DNA of 64,000 nucleotides from a virus (Duplodnaviria; Caudoviricetes): IMG/VR virus record IMGVR_UViG_2886218242_000014, positions 622 to 64,621 of that record; one strand, 5' to 3'. Shown piece by piece: positions 7,934 to 15,987 of this stretch (position 1 is its first letter; each line of letters starts with the position of its first letter). The notes under the pieces were generated by a model. It saw only the letters and a program-made list of their open reading frames with translations, ran no database searches and was not told where the DNA came from. The position numbers and the translations under genes were made by a program.

Positions 7934-8080
7934 CTTCTGAGCTATGGCTGTTCACCCGTTGTGTAGCTTTCTGGTGGAGCCGATCTACCGAGTTAGCAAC
8001 CTCCACCTGTGTTAATGGCTTCCGCGGCTACTAACTCAGCATCCAACTCTAAGTGTTACTTATATAGAAACCTACCTCGC

Positions 8081-8761
8081 TTAGATGCGAGATAAGTTAA
8101 TTAACGTCTGTTCGGTTAACTCAATGTTATGTTTCTTGAAGACTGATAAGATAGCTTCTTCTAACTCTCGAGAAATAGCTTCAGCTTGTTTATCTGCCTC
8201 AGCCGCATCCTCTTTATTCATATCAGCAATGAAATTCCAATCTTCACTACGAGGATCTAAGCTGTCTGTAGCGCCTACTCCATACTCAACCCCTAAGTCA
8301 TATCCTTTTGCATCATAGACAGCAGCCAATCGTAGAGCATCCTCTAATTGGAATGCCCTGTTGAATCGATTAGCTACTACCATGTTGCGTCTTTGCTCTA
8401 CATTGTACTTACGAGCTTTCTCTCCACGAGAACGATACAATTCCTTAATCGCTTCTTGCTTCTTCGAGCGAATCTCTGCAAGTTTAGACTGCGTAGATTC
8501 GATCTCCTTTGTTAACGCTTCTAGCTTAGTCTTACCTTTCTTCTTATTGGCTAAAGCTACCTTGTCTGTCTCATCAATGATTAGGCTGGCTGAAATAATG
8601 TCTAGTGCGGCCGATACTTTGGCGTGTCCTGCTTGTGCTTCTTGGAGTCTTCCTTGTAGGTCATTCTCTTGAACTTGTAACTTTTCAACCTCTTTGTTTG
8701 CTTGCTCCTCTGTCTTTACCTTTGTGTTACCTGCTAATAAGTTTTTAAAAGTGTTCATCAT
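8081..8761 (-). CDS. Coiled-coil hypothetical protein
   Basis: Heptad-rich N-terminal half; AAAGGAG RBS. Confidence 0.7.
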   Translation of the reverse strand: MMNTFKNLLAGNTKVKTEEQANKEVEKLQVQENDLQGRLQEAQAGHAKVSAALDIISASLIIDETDKVALANKKKGKTKLEALTKEIESTQSKLAEIRSKKQEAIKELYRSRGEKARKYNVEQRRNMVVANRFNRAFQLEDALRLAAVYDAKGYDLGVEYGVGATDSLDPRSEDWNFIADMNKEDAAEADKQAEAISRELEEAILSVFKKHNIELTEQTLINLSRI

Positions 8762-8838
8762 TTGTCATCTTCTCCTTTGGGTTTGTTTTTTTGTAGTGTC
8801 GGCTAAGGGGTAGCCTGTGAAGCAATAAGGTTAGGGGA

Positions 8839-9555
8839 TTAAATCAGGTCTAGCAATCTAGCGAACTCTTTGACACCTTTCTGGCTAACAAGCATCTGTA
8901 GTTTCTTCTTCTCAATAGGCTTGTAATTAATGTAGCCATCCTTCAAGTATTCATATCCTGCTCGATGCAACCATGAACCTCTGCCTGATCGTTTGATAAC
9001 TCCTTTGTCTTTTAACATCTGATTTAGCTGCTGAGCACTTCTTAGACCGAGTTCTTTAGCTGTCTCGTCTATAGTCATGAAGCCCTCAATAGACAATACT
9101 TTGTTGTGATACTCGATAGCTGGTGCCTGCTCATCCAACTGAGCTTGTAACTTCTCTGTTGCTTCCACCTGTTCGACTAACTGTAGTAGCGCTTCTTTGT
9201 AAGTGGTCGGTAGAGCTGGTTGCTGTACAGCCTTTTCCATTTCGTGAAAGCGATCAATGTAGGCTACCGTGAAGAGAACACCCTTTTCACCTGTCATCTT
9301 GTTAGCCACCAATTCACAACCCTTACGAGTTAGAAGGTAACTTTTATAAGTTTTATTGTTTCCACTTGTTTTATAAGATGATTCTACAAAGAAATTCTGA
9401 AAACGCAATTTTGCGTTCTCTAAAACTGACTTGTAATTTTCAATGTCTCTTAGTAAATCTGCATGTCGCTTTCCAGTCATCACAGCAACTTCTAAACTGT
9501 CAATGTAGTTTACCTCTTGGTTATTGACCTGTAAGTTATTTGTCATTCTCTCCAT
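8839..9555 (-). CDS. Rha-family regulator with antirepressor (ANT/KilAC-like) C-terminus
   Basis: IDSLEVAVMTGKRHADLLRDIENY and LLTRKGCELVANKMTGEKG Rha motifs; LPTTYKEALLQL linker. Confidence 0.88.
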   Translation of the reverse strand: MERMTNNLQVNNQEVNYIDSLEVAVMTGKRHADLLRDIENYKSVLENAKLRFQNFFVESSYKTSGNNKTYKSYLLTRKGCELVANKMTGEKGVLFTVAYIDRFHEMEKAVQQPALPTTYKEALLQLVEQVEATEKLQAQLDEQAPAIEYHNKVLSIEGFMTIDETAKELGLRSAQQLNQMLKDKGVIKRSGRGSWLHRAGYEYLKDGYINYKPIEKKKLQMLVSQKGVKEFARLLDLI

Positions 9556-9605
9556 CTCTCCCTTTTGTTTAATCTTGGCTAACCTGCTCCTCCTGTAGTA
9601 GGCCG

Positions 9606-10178
9606 TCAGTGGAATGGACTACCTACCTCACGGATGAACTCTCCGGCACGATCCATTAAGCTCTCGATATTGTAAGTAGTGATGTGTGTCTCAGAGACAG
9701 CATCCTTGATAGTAACCTCTCCAGAGATATCTTCAATGCCATTCTTCCACTCGAATGTTTCCACAAAGCTAATACTCTTCTTAGGCTTGTTAGTCGCTCT
9801 CATATCATTACCGATGTAATATGAGTTAGCGTGTACTCCTCGCTTAATATGGAGGTAACCCTTCGAGACTAACTCTTCTACGTGGCGCTTTACAGTTCTC
9901 AAGTTGTACCCTGTTAGGTTTGCCATGTCAGTATAAGTGATTTCTCCACCCACAGTAGCAATCACCTTAACAGCATCAAACGTCACTTGTACGTTCTCCT
10001 TTACAGCCACGTCCTCAAACAGTTCCTCAAGCTCCTTAGCTTCGATTCTAGATAGCTTTTCATTCTCTGTAGGCTCTCCTGTCTCAACTAAGTATCCATC
10101 GTATTGCTCATCTGTGCTTAACCCTGTATAGCCGTTCTCTGTGCGCCAAACTAAGTAGTCGCTCCATTGCTTGTCCAT
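9606..10178 (-). CDS. Winged-HTH DNA-binding protein
   Basis: ITYTDMANLTGYNLRTVKRHVEELVSKGYL. Confidence 0.7.
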   Translation of the reverse strand: MDKQWSDYLVWRTENGYTGLSTDEQYDGYLVETGEPTENEKLSRIEAKELEELFEDVAVKENVQVTFDAVKVIATVGGEITYTDMANLTGYNLRTVKRHVEELVSKGYLHIKRGVHANSYYIGNDMRATNKPKKSISFVETFEWKNGIEDISGEVTIKDAVSETHITTYNIESLMDRAGEFIREVGSPFH

Positions 10179-10420
10179 TAGATCACCTCCATATGTTTTT
10201 GTTTGAGTAGAGTGTACTCTCCCTCGCTTATTTCTTTGCAGTCGATACTAATTAGGTAAGTAATACCTGAGTCATATACTTGTCTGTAAGTATCCTTTAT
10301 GAGCCGGATATGCTCATCTTGTTTATTAACTCCGCAAGCCGCAATGTGATGGCCTATGAGGATGTTATCAGTATTCTTGAAGCGCCATCTCACAGTGTAA
10401 TGCAAGTAAGTTTTACCCAT
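10178..10420 (-). CDS. Hypothetical protein
   Basis: Coupled to neighbouring genes, GGGGGTG RBS. Confidence 0.6.
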   Translation of the reverse strand: MGKTYLHYTVRWRFKNTDNILIGHHIAACGVNKQDEHIRLIKDTYRQVYDSGITYLISIDCKEISEGEYTLLKQKHMEVI

Positions 10421-10575
10421 TAGCTTTTCACCCCCATTAGTTGTTTCATTGATTCAAAGTGTTTCTCCATCCTAGCCTGTCTTACTTGGATGTTATGTTC
10501 AGCTTCCATCCTCATTAGTTTTAACTCTAGCTCACTTTGTCTCTTAAGTATCTTCATCTCAAATGTCTTTCTCAT
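10420..10575 (-). CDS. 51-aa helical microprotein (MRKTFEMKILKRQSELELKLMRME...)
   Basis: AAGGGAG RBS, TAATG coupling to next gene. Confidence 0.5.
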   Translation of the reverse strand: MRKTFEMKILKRQSELELKLMRMEAEHNIQVRQARMEKHFESMKQLMGVKS

Positions 10576-10621
10576 TATCACCATCTCCCTTGGTTTAGTT
10601 GTGTAGCTGGCTCCTTGGTAT

Positions 10622-10831
10622 TTAACCTTTCATGACTTTAATAATCTTCTCTGGCTCGTCAATCTTTAATGCTGTAGCAATTGAGCTGATCGTCTCTAAA
10701 GTCCCTGACCCTGTAGCCTTTACCCGAGATAGCGTTGCTCTTGTGACTCCTGACTCTTCAGCGAGCAGCGTGAGCGTCTTATTATGCTGCTTGCATAGAT
10801 TTTCTAAATCAATGTAGAACATGATTGTCAT
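10622..10831 (-). CDS. Cro/XRE-type HTH regulator
   Basis: LTLLAEESGVTRATLSRVK...TLETISSIATALKI. Confidence 0.85.
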   Translation of the reverse strand: MTIMFYIDLENLCKQHNKTLTLLAEESGVTRATLSRVKATGSGTLETISSIATALKIDEPEKIIKVMKG

Positions 10832-11130
10832 ATGGTTTCCTCCTCATTAGTTTTAACTCTATATTGTCAAAGTTTAATGTATAAGCATATTGGCAGTTCA
10901 TCCAAAAAGGAGCCAGCTCAGTAGTTAAACCAAGCTGGGATATCAATCATCTGGAGAGATGAAAATGACCTAAATGGATGTTTCCCCGTATCATTCTACG
11001 GAAGTCCTACATAGGAGGTGTAAGTGTGCTTCCTCGCTAGCTACCTCTAAAGGGGGAAGAGATAACTACCAAGCAAGTACCCTTGTTTAATTGCTTCGTA
11101 TATAAAGTAGAGTTAGACCCCTTATCGGTC

Positions 11131-11157
11131 TCATATATATAGTACGCTTAGTGTGAC
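11131..11157 (-). promoter_or_regulatory. Satellite copy of the phage late-type promoter motif GTCACA-N6-GTACTATATA
   Basis: Minus strand reads GTCACA CTAAGC GTACTATATA TATGA, as at 13552, 51366 and 58751. Confidence 0.7.
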
Positions 11158-11320
11158 CTCTCTTAATTGCTTCATATATGTAGTAGTGTCTACTTGCTAG
11201 TATCGCGTCTCGAAAGGTTAACTCCTCCTATTGAATTACGTTTCAAAATAAGACACAAGATATACCTGCAAAGAACGAACAAAAGAGCTACCCTCCTCAG
11301 GTAACTCAACTTCATCAATA

Positions 11321-11706
11321 CTAGCGATCATTTCTTATTTGACCTGATGTATAGATTGTATATATCAGCTTTTCGTCTTCCTCGCGGTCAATCTGTACGT
11401 GTCCACCATTGAGACGGATATTCTTTAGAATTTTCTTTACTTCCTTTTTCCACTGCTTGGCAATTGGCTTGCGAGACTGCATTAATACTTCGTAAATTCC
11501 GTCTTCTGTGAGGAAATAGTACTCGGTGTTTGTTTGTAAGCCTGTTACATTTTGTGTAACGGGTACTTTATTTTTTTCGTCTTCATCAACAAGATCCATC
11601 ATGTGAGTTATATTTTTGTGCTCAATCCACTCAGCAACATCCTTCGCCAGAAACAACGGCTCCTCCACAGTTCCATAAACTTTAAATCTTCTTCCCAAAA
11701 CTTCAC
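11321..11706 (-). pseudogene. BRO-N antirepressor fragment, N-terminus lost at the junction
   Basis: EVLGRRFKVYGTVEEPLFLAKDVAEWIEH...YFLTEDGIYEVLMQSRKPIAK; in-frame TGA two codons upstream of EVLG. Confidence 0.8.
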
Positions 11707-11760
11707 CTCATAGTCGATCTCATAAGTCTTAACCTCGGTTGCCGTATTCTCCTCGATATT
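11707..11760. repeat. Direct repeat, left copy (54 bp or more)
   Basis: Identical to 63947-64000. Confidence 0.97.
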
Positions 11761-12204
11761 CAATAACTGAGTACGGACTTCCTTGGCCACTTCCGAGTCA
11801 CGTAGTAACATTCCTACTCGGAGGATTGCTCTCTTGGGGAAAAGCGCTACGTTTCTGTAAGCTATTTTTGTTTCTTCGCCTTTGTATGTTACAACGAAAT
11901 GCCCTAATCTAGGTTCTATTTTAGATAGCGTCTTTAAGGCACTATCTAATTTTCCTTTTATTTCTTTCCCTGATTTTGTAGTATATCCATCTAGTTCCAA
12001 TTCATCTCTGTGATCGGCTACCATTGATCGTATAGCTTTTTCATTTACCCCATAGAAATCCGCAACCTGCTGAGTAGTAGCCATTTCCAACTCGGGTAAC
12101 AATAACAAGTTCTTCACTCTCTCTAGAACTTCCACTCGTTCTACTAAGCTGTCACGCTCCACCTTGTTGTCGATGACCTCGATAGTTACTTTTACGTTAT
12201 TCAT
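11707..12204 (-). CDS. Phage antirepressor, N-terminal part (its C-terminal part lies at 63557-63946 across the circle)
   Basis: ...NTATEVKTYEIDYE is continued in frame by QQLNLAIGQ...MSARKLKAQLQ at the window end. Confidence 0.8.
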
Positions 12205-12288
12205 TTATACTCCCCCTTAGTTATCTTATTAAGATAATCATACCACAGTCATACCAATATGCAAGAGGAATTTTAAATTTCCTCCAAA

Positions 12289-13140
12289 TTATTTCTTCAG
12301 AGGCTTGTCCCCCTCAGACTGATCTAGGAAGTTGTAAAGCAGTACCTTACCAGAATACTCCTCAGACGCTCCAGATTGGCTTGTACGAGCGAGTGACTGC
12401 TTAGCTTGCTCTTTTATTCTACGAAGTTCTAACTCTTCTATTTTGGCGTTTAGAGACGTCACAAGGTAATCTCTGAAGTTAGCTACTTTGCCTTGCTCAT
12501 ACTTGTCTACTACTTTACGGAGAACGCTATCGAACGACCTCTTTGTTAAAAGCTCTTGAGTTTGTAAACGAAGAGAATTAATAACATCCGTTAAGGATTC
12601 AATTTGCTTAGGAGCTGGCGAGACAGAGTTCGCCTTATCATCATCAATCTCTTTATTATTTAATGTTTTAATATTTGTTTTTAAATCTTTGTTTATTAAT
12701 TCTTTATTTATATCTGCACGGTTTGTACTGTTTTTGTTGTACTGTACAAAATGCTCAGTAGAAAAAATACAGTCAGGGATAGACTTTAGGCTAGTTACAT
12801 CCTCCTTAGTCTCCTCGATAGTCTCTTTTACGAAATCTCTATAGTCGTCCTCGGAGAATGGGATATCACTTACCATGTAGAAATAATTCTTTTGTTTACC
12901 TATGTAGCCAATAAACCCTATAATGTATCCTTTCTCCACTAGGATCTTCCAAGCAGAGTCCACCATGCGTCTACCAAATTTACTTTGTAGCTGTGTCTTA
13001 CGAATTACCCACTCAGCAGGTAAGCTCATAATGTGACTCAGGAGACCGATAGCTCTTAAGTCGTCCAGCTCAGTTTGTAATGCCTCGTTATGAATCTGCG
13101 TGTACTGGCTTGTATGCCTTCTCTTAATTATATTACTCAT
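12289..13140 (-). CDS. Phage replication initiator / replisome-organizer-like protein
   Basis: YTQIHNEALQ..LDDLRAIGLLSHIMSLPAEWVI..LVEKGYI winged-helix N-terminus, N/K-rich linker. Confidence 0.7.
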   Translation of the reverse strand: MSNIIKRRHTSQYTQIHNEALQTELDDLRAIGLLSHIMSLPAEWVIRKTQLQSKFGRRMVDSAWKILVEKGYIIGFIGYIGKQKNYFYMVSDIPFSEDDYRDFVKETIEETKEDVTSLKSIPDCIFSTEHFVQYNKNSTNRADINKELINKDLKTNIKTLNNKEIDDDKANSVSPAPKQIESLTDVINSLRLQTQELLTKRSFDSVLRKVVDKYEQGKVANFRDYLVTSLNAKIEELELRRIKEQAKQSLARTSQSGASEEYSGKVLLYNFLDQSEGDKPLKK

Positions 13141-13247
13141 TAGTATTCCTCCTCAGGATTATCTCTATAAGAGTCATACTAAGGTACTACCTGTTAGTTG
13201 TCAACCTCTTAGTTTATTCGGTCTCATATTTAATTATTACAAATACT

Positions 13248-13376
13248 TATGAGATGGAACTCTTAGGTTATTCTCTATAGGTTTGTCTATCTCGTTTACG
13301 AGAGAGTTATTTTTATGGAGGTTATTCTTTAGAGACTTTTTTTTTCTAAAGGTTAACTATTAGGTTACTTCTCTAG
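13248..13376. repeat. Iteron-like (A)GGTTA(T/A/C)T repeats plus near-palindrome upstream of the initiator gene
   Basis: Units at about 13265, 13304, 13319, 13350 and 13362; CTATCTCG-ttta-CGAGAGAG at 13287-13306. Confidence 0.6.
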
Positions 13377-13391
13377 AGAAATCTCTTTTTA

Positions 13392-13413
13392 GATAGAGTA
13401 CGAGATTTGTGAC
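13392..13413 (-). promoter_or_regulatory. Late-type motif, divergent copy
   Basis: Minus strand GTCACA AATCTC GTACTCTATC. Confidence 0.5.
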
Positions 13414-13551
13414 AATACGAGGTACATCTCGTGTATTTCACTACAATAATCATGCGCTTTGATACGTATTATCTACATCTTAGGTATTAATTTATACACT
13501 AGACGGGTTTATATCAACAAGAAGTTAACTTGTGAGATGAGATATTACTAC

Positions 13552-13579
13552 GTCACACAGATAGTACTATATATATGAA
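13552..13579 (+). promoter_or_regulatory. Late-type promoter motif of the head-tail operon
   Basis: GTCACA CAGATA GTACTATATA TA TGAA directly upstream of the protease gene. Confidence 0.7.
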
Positions 13580-13603
13580 GCAATTAATGAGGTGGTGGTA
13601 CTA

Positions 13604-14470
13604 ATGGCAAGTATCAAGAACCTTCACTACGAAGGGAAGTTTACCGAGTTCTCGGAAGCTATCTCCGGTGAAGATCTAATCAAAGAAGCTATCATGTTCT
13701 CCACAGGTACACACCGTGGGAAAGAATATACAGAGTCTCACTTACAGACACTGGTAGACAACTTCTCCATAGAAGATGAGATTCCAGTACAGTTAGATCA
13801 CTCAGAAAGCGCACGAGATACAGTAGGATACCTAGAGAGCGCATCCGTTAAAGATGGCAAGCTCATGGGTAAAGTACGTATCATTGAAGAGTTCGCCAAA
13901 GAGCGCATCGCTAAGAAACTCCTAAAGAAACTCTCCGTTTCATTCTACACAGATCAAGAAGGCAACCCTACTCGCCTTCGAGAAGTCTCCCTCGTAGCAT
14001 TCCCCCAACTGAAGGGAGCAACACTATTTAGCGAGAATGGCTTCACCTCGGAGCTGGACGAGCTAGAACAAACTGAGGAGGTAACACCTATGCCAGAAGA
14101 AACTAAATTAGAATTTGCTGAGTTAGAAAAAGCTTATGCTGAGAAGTTCTCAGAGATGGAAGCTAAGATGGCTGCTACAGATGCTAAGTTACAGAAGTTC
14201 GCTGAGGAGAAAGTATCTGCTAAGGTAGAGAAATTCCAAGAAGCAAAGAAGACGGTTCCGGCTCAGAAGGAATCACTTACAAAATTGCTAGCTTCATTCT
14301 CAGAGGAACAAGCTGAGGCATTCGAAGAGTTCATGTCTAACATGGGTGCTGTCGAGTTCCAAGAAGTTGCTGAGGTGGAAGACCCAGAGAAACCCGCTGA
14401 GGCTACTGCTCCAGAGCACGCTGACTTCCGCGAGTCTGAAGAATATAAAAACTACTTAGCATCACTATAA
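13604..14470 (+). CDS. Mu gpI-like prohead protease with C-terminal scaffold domain
   Basis: IPVQLDH...VGYL...KLSVSF...LREVSLVAFP; acidic helical C-terminus. Confidence 0.8.
   Translation: MASIKNLHYEGKFTEFSEAISGEDLIKEAIMFSTGTHRGKEYTESHLQTLVDNFSIEDEIPVQLDHSESARDTVGYLESASVKDGKLMGKVRIIEEFAKERIAKKLLKKLSVSFYTDQEGNPTRLREVSLVAFPQLKGATLFSENGFTSELDELEQTEEVTPMPEETKLEFAELEKAYAEKFSEMEAKMAATDAKLQKFAEEKVSAKVEKFQEAKKTVPAQKESLTKLLASFSEEQAEAFEEFMSNMGAVEFQEVAEVEDPEKPAEATAPEHADFRESEEYKNYLASL
14090..14470 (+). CDS. Scaffold protein from an internal in-frame start (Mu gpZ-like)
   Basis: GAGGAGGT at 14075-14082, 7 nt before in-frame ATG (MPEETKLEF). Confidence 0.6.
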   Translation: MPEETKLEFAELEKAYAEKFSEMEAKMAATDAKLQKFAEEKVSAKVEKFQEAKKTVPAQKESLTKLLASFSEEQAEAFEEFMSNMGAVEFQEVAEVEDPEKPAEATAPEHADFRESEEYKNYLASL

Positions 14471-14485
14471 GGGAGGTAATTACTA

Positions 14486-14929
14486 ATGGCGCAAAACCGA
14501 GTTGAATATCACATTAAACCAGACCAACGATTAACTTTCTCTGTTAAAGCTGGGACAACATTGTACGCGGGTGACGTAGTAGAAGTTACTGGAAACATGG
14601 AGGTAGGTCCTGCTGCTGCTGCTTCTGCAAAAGTATTAGGAGTTGTCTTTGGAGGTACAGTTGGTAACTCAGCTATCCCTACCTTTGTGGGTATGCCTGA
14701 CTATGCAAATGTTGGATTCTCTGGAGACCGCAAAGAAAAGGTAACAGTTATTCTTAAGAGCAACCTTACTTACTTTAAACAACCAGCTACACCTTTAGTT
14801 GCTGGAGACAAAGTAGGTGCAGGTGCTAATGGTACTTATGCTGCTGCAGGAGCTGGAGACGTAATTGGCATGGTGGTATCTGCTACTTCTAAGGTTGCTG
14901 GATACGGAATTCTTGCTTTAAAGGCATAA
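14486..14929 (+). CDS. Head decoration / capsid cement protein
   Basis: A/G/V-rich, TLYAGDVVEV and GDKVGAGANG motifs, located between protease and capsid genes. Confidence 0.7.
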   Translation: MAQNRVEYHIKPDQRLTFSVKAGTTLYAGDVVEVTGNMEVGPAAAASAKVLGVVFGGTVGNSAIPTFVGMPDYANVGFSGDRKEKVTVILKSNLTYFKQPATPLVAGDKVGAGANGTYAAAGAGDVIGMVVSATSKVAGYGILALKA

Positions 14930-15073
14930 ATCATACCTAGGTAATACTCCGTGACAAGAGTCTAAACTGGATGCTCTTTGACAACCACATAGAAACAAAC
15001 TGAGGAGGCGTTCCGTAGAGAAGGCATTACTCCTCAGTATCCCCTAAAACTAAACCCTCAGGAGGTTATATAC

Positions 15074-15949
15074 ATGTCAGATTTCACTTTAGGTTCTCAC
15101 CCCCTTTTAAAGAAAGTCATGATTGACGCTCGTATTCGTGACTTAACGGAAAAGAAATTCATCGCTGATACGTTATTCTCTAAGACAACTGCAGACGCTT
15201 TAGCTATCAAGTACTTTAAAGATGCTGATACAGACGCTAACGGTTTATATACTTACGAGGAAGTACCAGAAGTTGGTGAAGGTTCAGGATTTAAGCGTAT
15301 CGGACTAAGCGAGGAAGCTAAATTAGCTATGATTCGCAAGTACGGATTAGAATTTGCATTCACTTATGAGATGCAAAAGTGGGGTTCTAACGCTTACTTC
15401 GAGAAGGCATTCAAGAAATTATCTAACTCAGTAGTCGCTATGGTTGACTCAATGGCTTATGATCGCTTACACGCAGCTGCTACTGCAGGCAATCAGAACA
15501 TCCAGAACAAAACAGGTAACCGCTGGAATGATCCTGTTACAGGTGGAGACAACCTAATCAATGACTTAGTAGACGCTAAAGCTGCAGCTAAGAAGGCTGG
15601 CTACAAATTAGATACTGTAGTTGTATCTGCTGCTACAGAAGCTATCTTCTTGAAGTCTAAAGCTGTTCGTGATGCTTTCAAGCAAAACGGTACAGACATC
15701 GTATTACTACGTGGATATTTAGCTGACTTCTTAGGTTTATCTATCTTAGTAGATGAAAATTACCCAGACAACAAAGCTTTACTTGTAGAGCGTGGAATGG
15801 CTGGAGAGATCGCTGATGCTGAACCATTGACTTCTGAGACTTACAACCAGCCAGAAGACAAAACTACTATTGGTCGTGTTACTCGATACACAGAGGCTTA
15901 CATCACAGACCCTCGTGCAGTATTCGTAATCAACGGTATTACAGCTTAA
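15074..15949 (+). CDS. Major capsid protein
   Basis: Size and position; VGEGSGF..KYGLEFAFTYE and DAEPL...TTIGRVTRYTEAYITDPRAV motifs typical of HK97-fold capsids. Confidence 0.85.
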   Translation: MSDFTLGSHPLLKKVMIDARIRDLTEKKFIADTLFSKTTADALAIKYFKDADTDANGLYTYEEVPEVGEGSGFKRIGLSEEAKLAMIRKYGLEFAFTYEMQKWGSNAYFEKAFKKLSNSVVAMVDSMAYDRLHAAATAGNQNIQNKTGNRWNDPVTGGDNLINDLVDAKAAAKKAGYKLDTVVVSAATEAIFLKSKAVRDAFKQNGTDIVLLRGYLADFLGLSILVDENYPDNKALLVERGMAGEIADAEPLTSETYNQPEDKTTIGRVTRYTEAYITDPRAVFVINGITA

Positions 15950-15987
15950 TAGTTTGACAGTCTAGGAAACAGACTCTAAAGGCAACC

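Larger units (their letters stand above)
1..11706. mobile_element. Putative phage satellite (PICI-like) element, left end outside window
   Basis: Integrase, HTH Rep, Rha, HTH regulators, TerS-like and tape measure genes, but no capsid, portal, TerL or tail tube in view; lacks the GGTATGACCATGGTA promoter family used across 11707-64000. Confidence 0.75.

Noticed and set aside
11608-11706. C-terminal extension VKFWEEDLK... of ORF 11608-12204 as real protein
   Set aside because: It is out-of-frame read-through into the BRO-N fragment past the junction.
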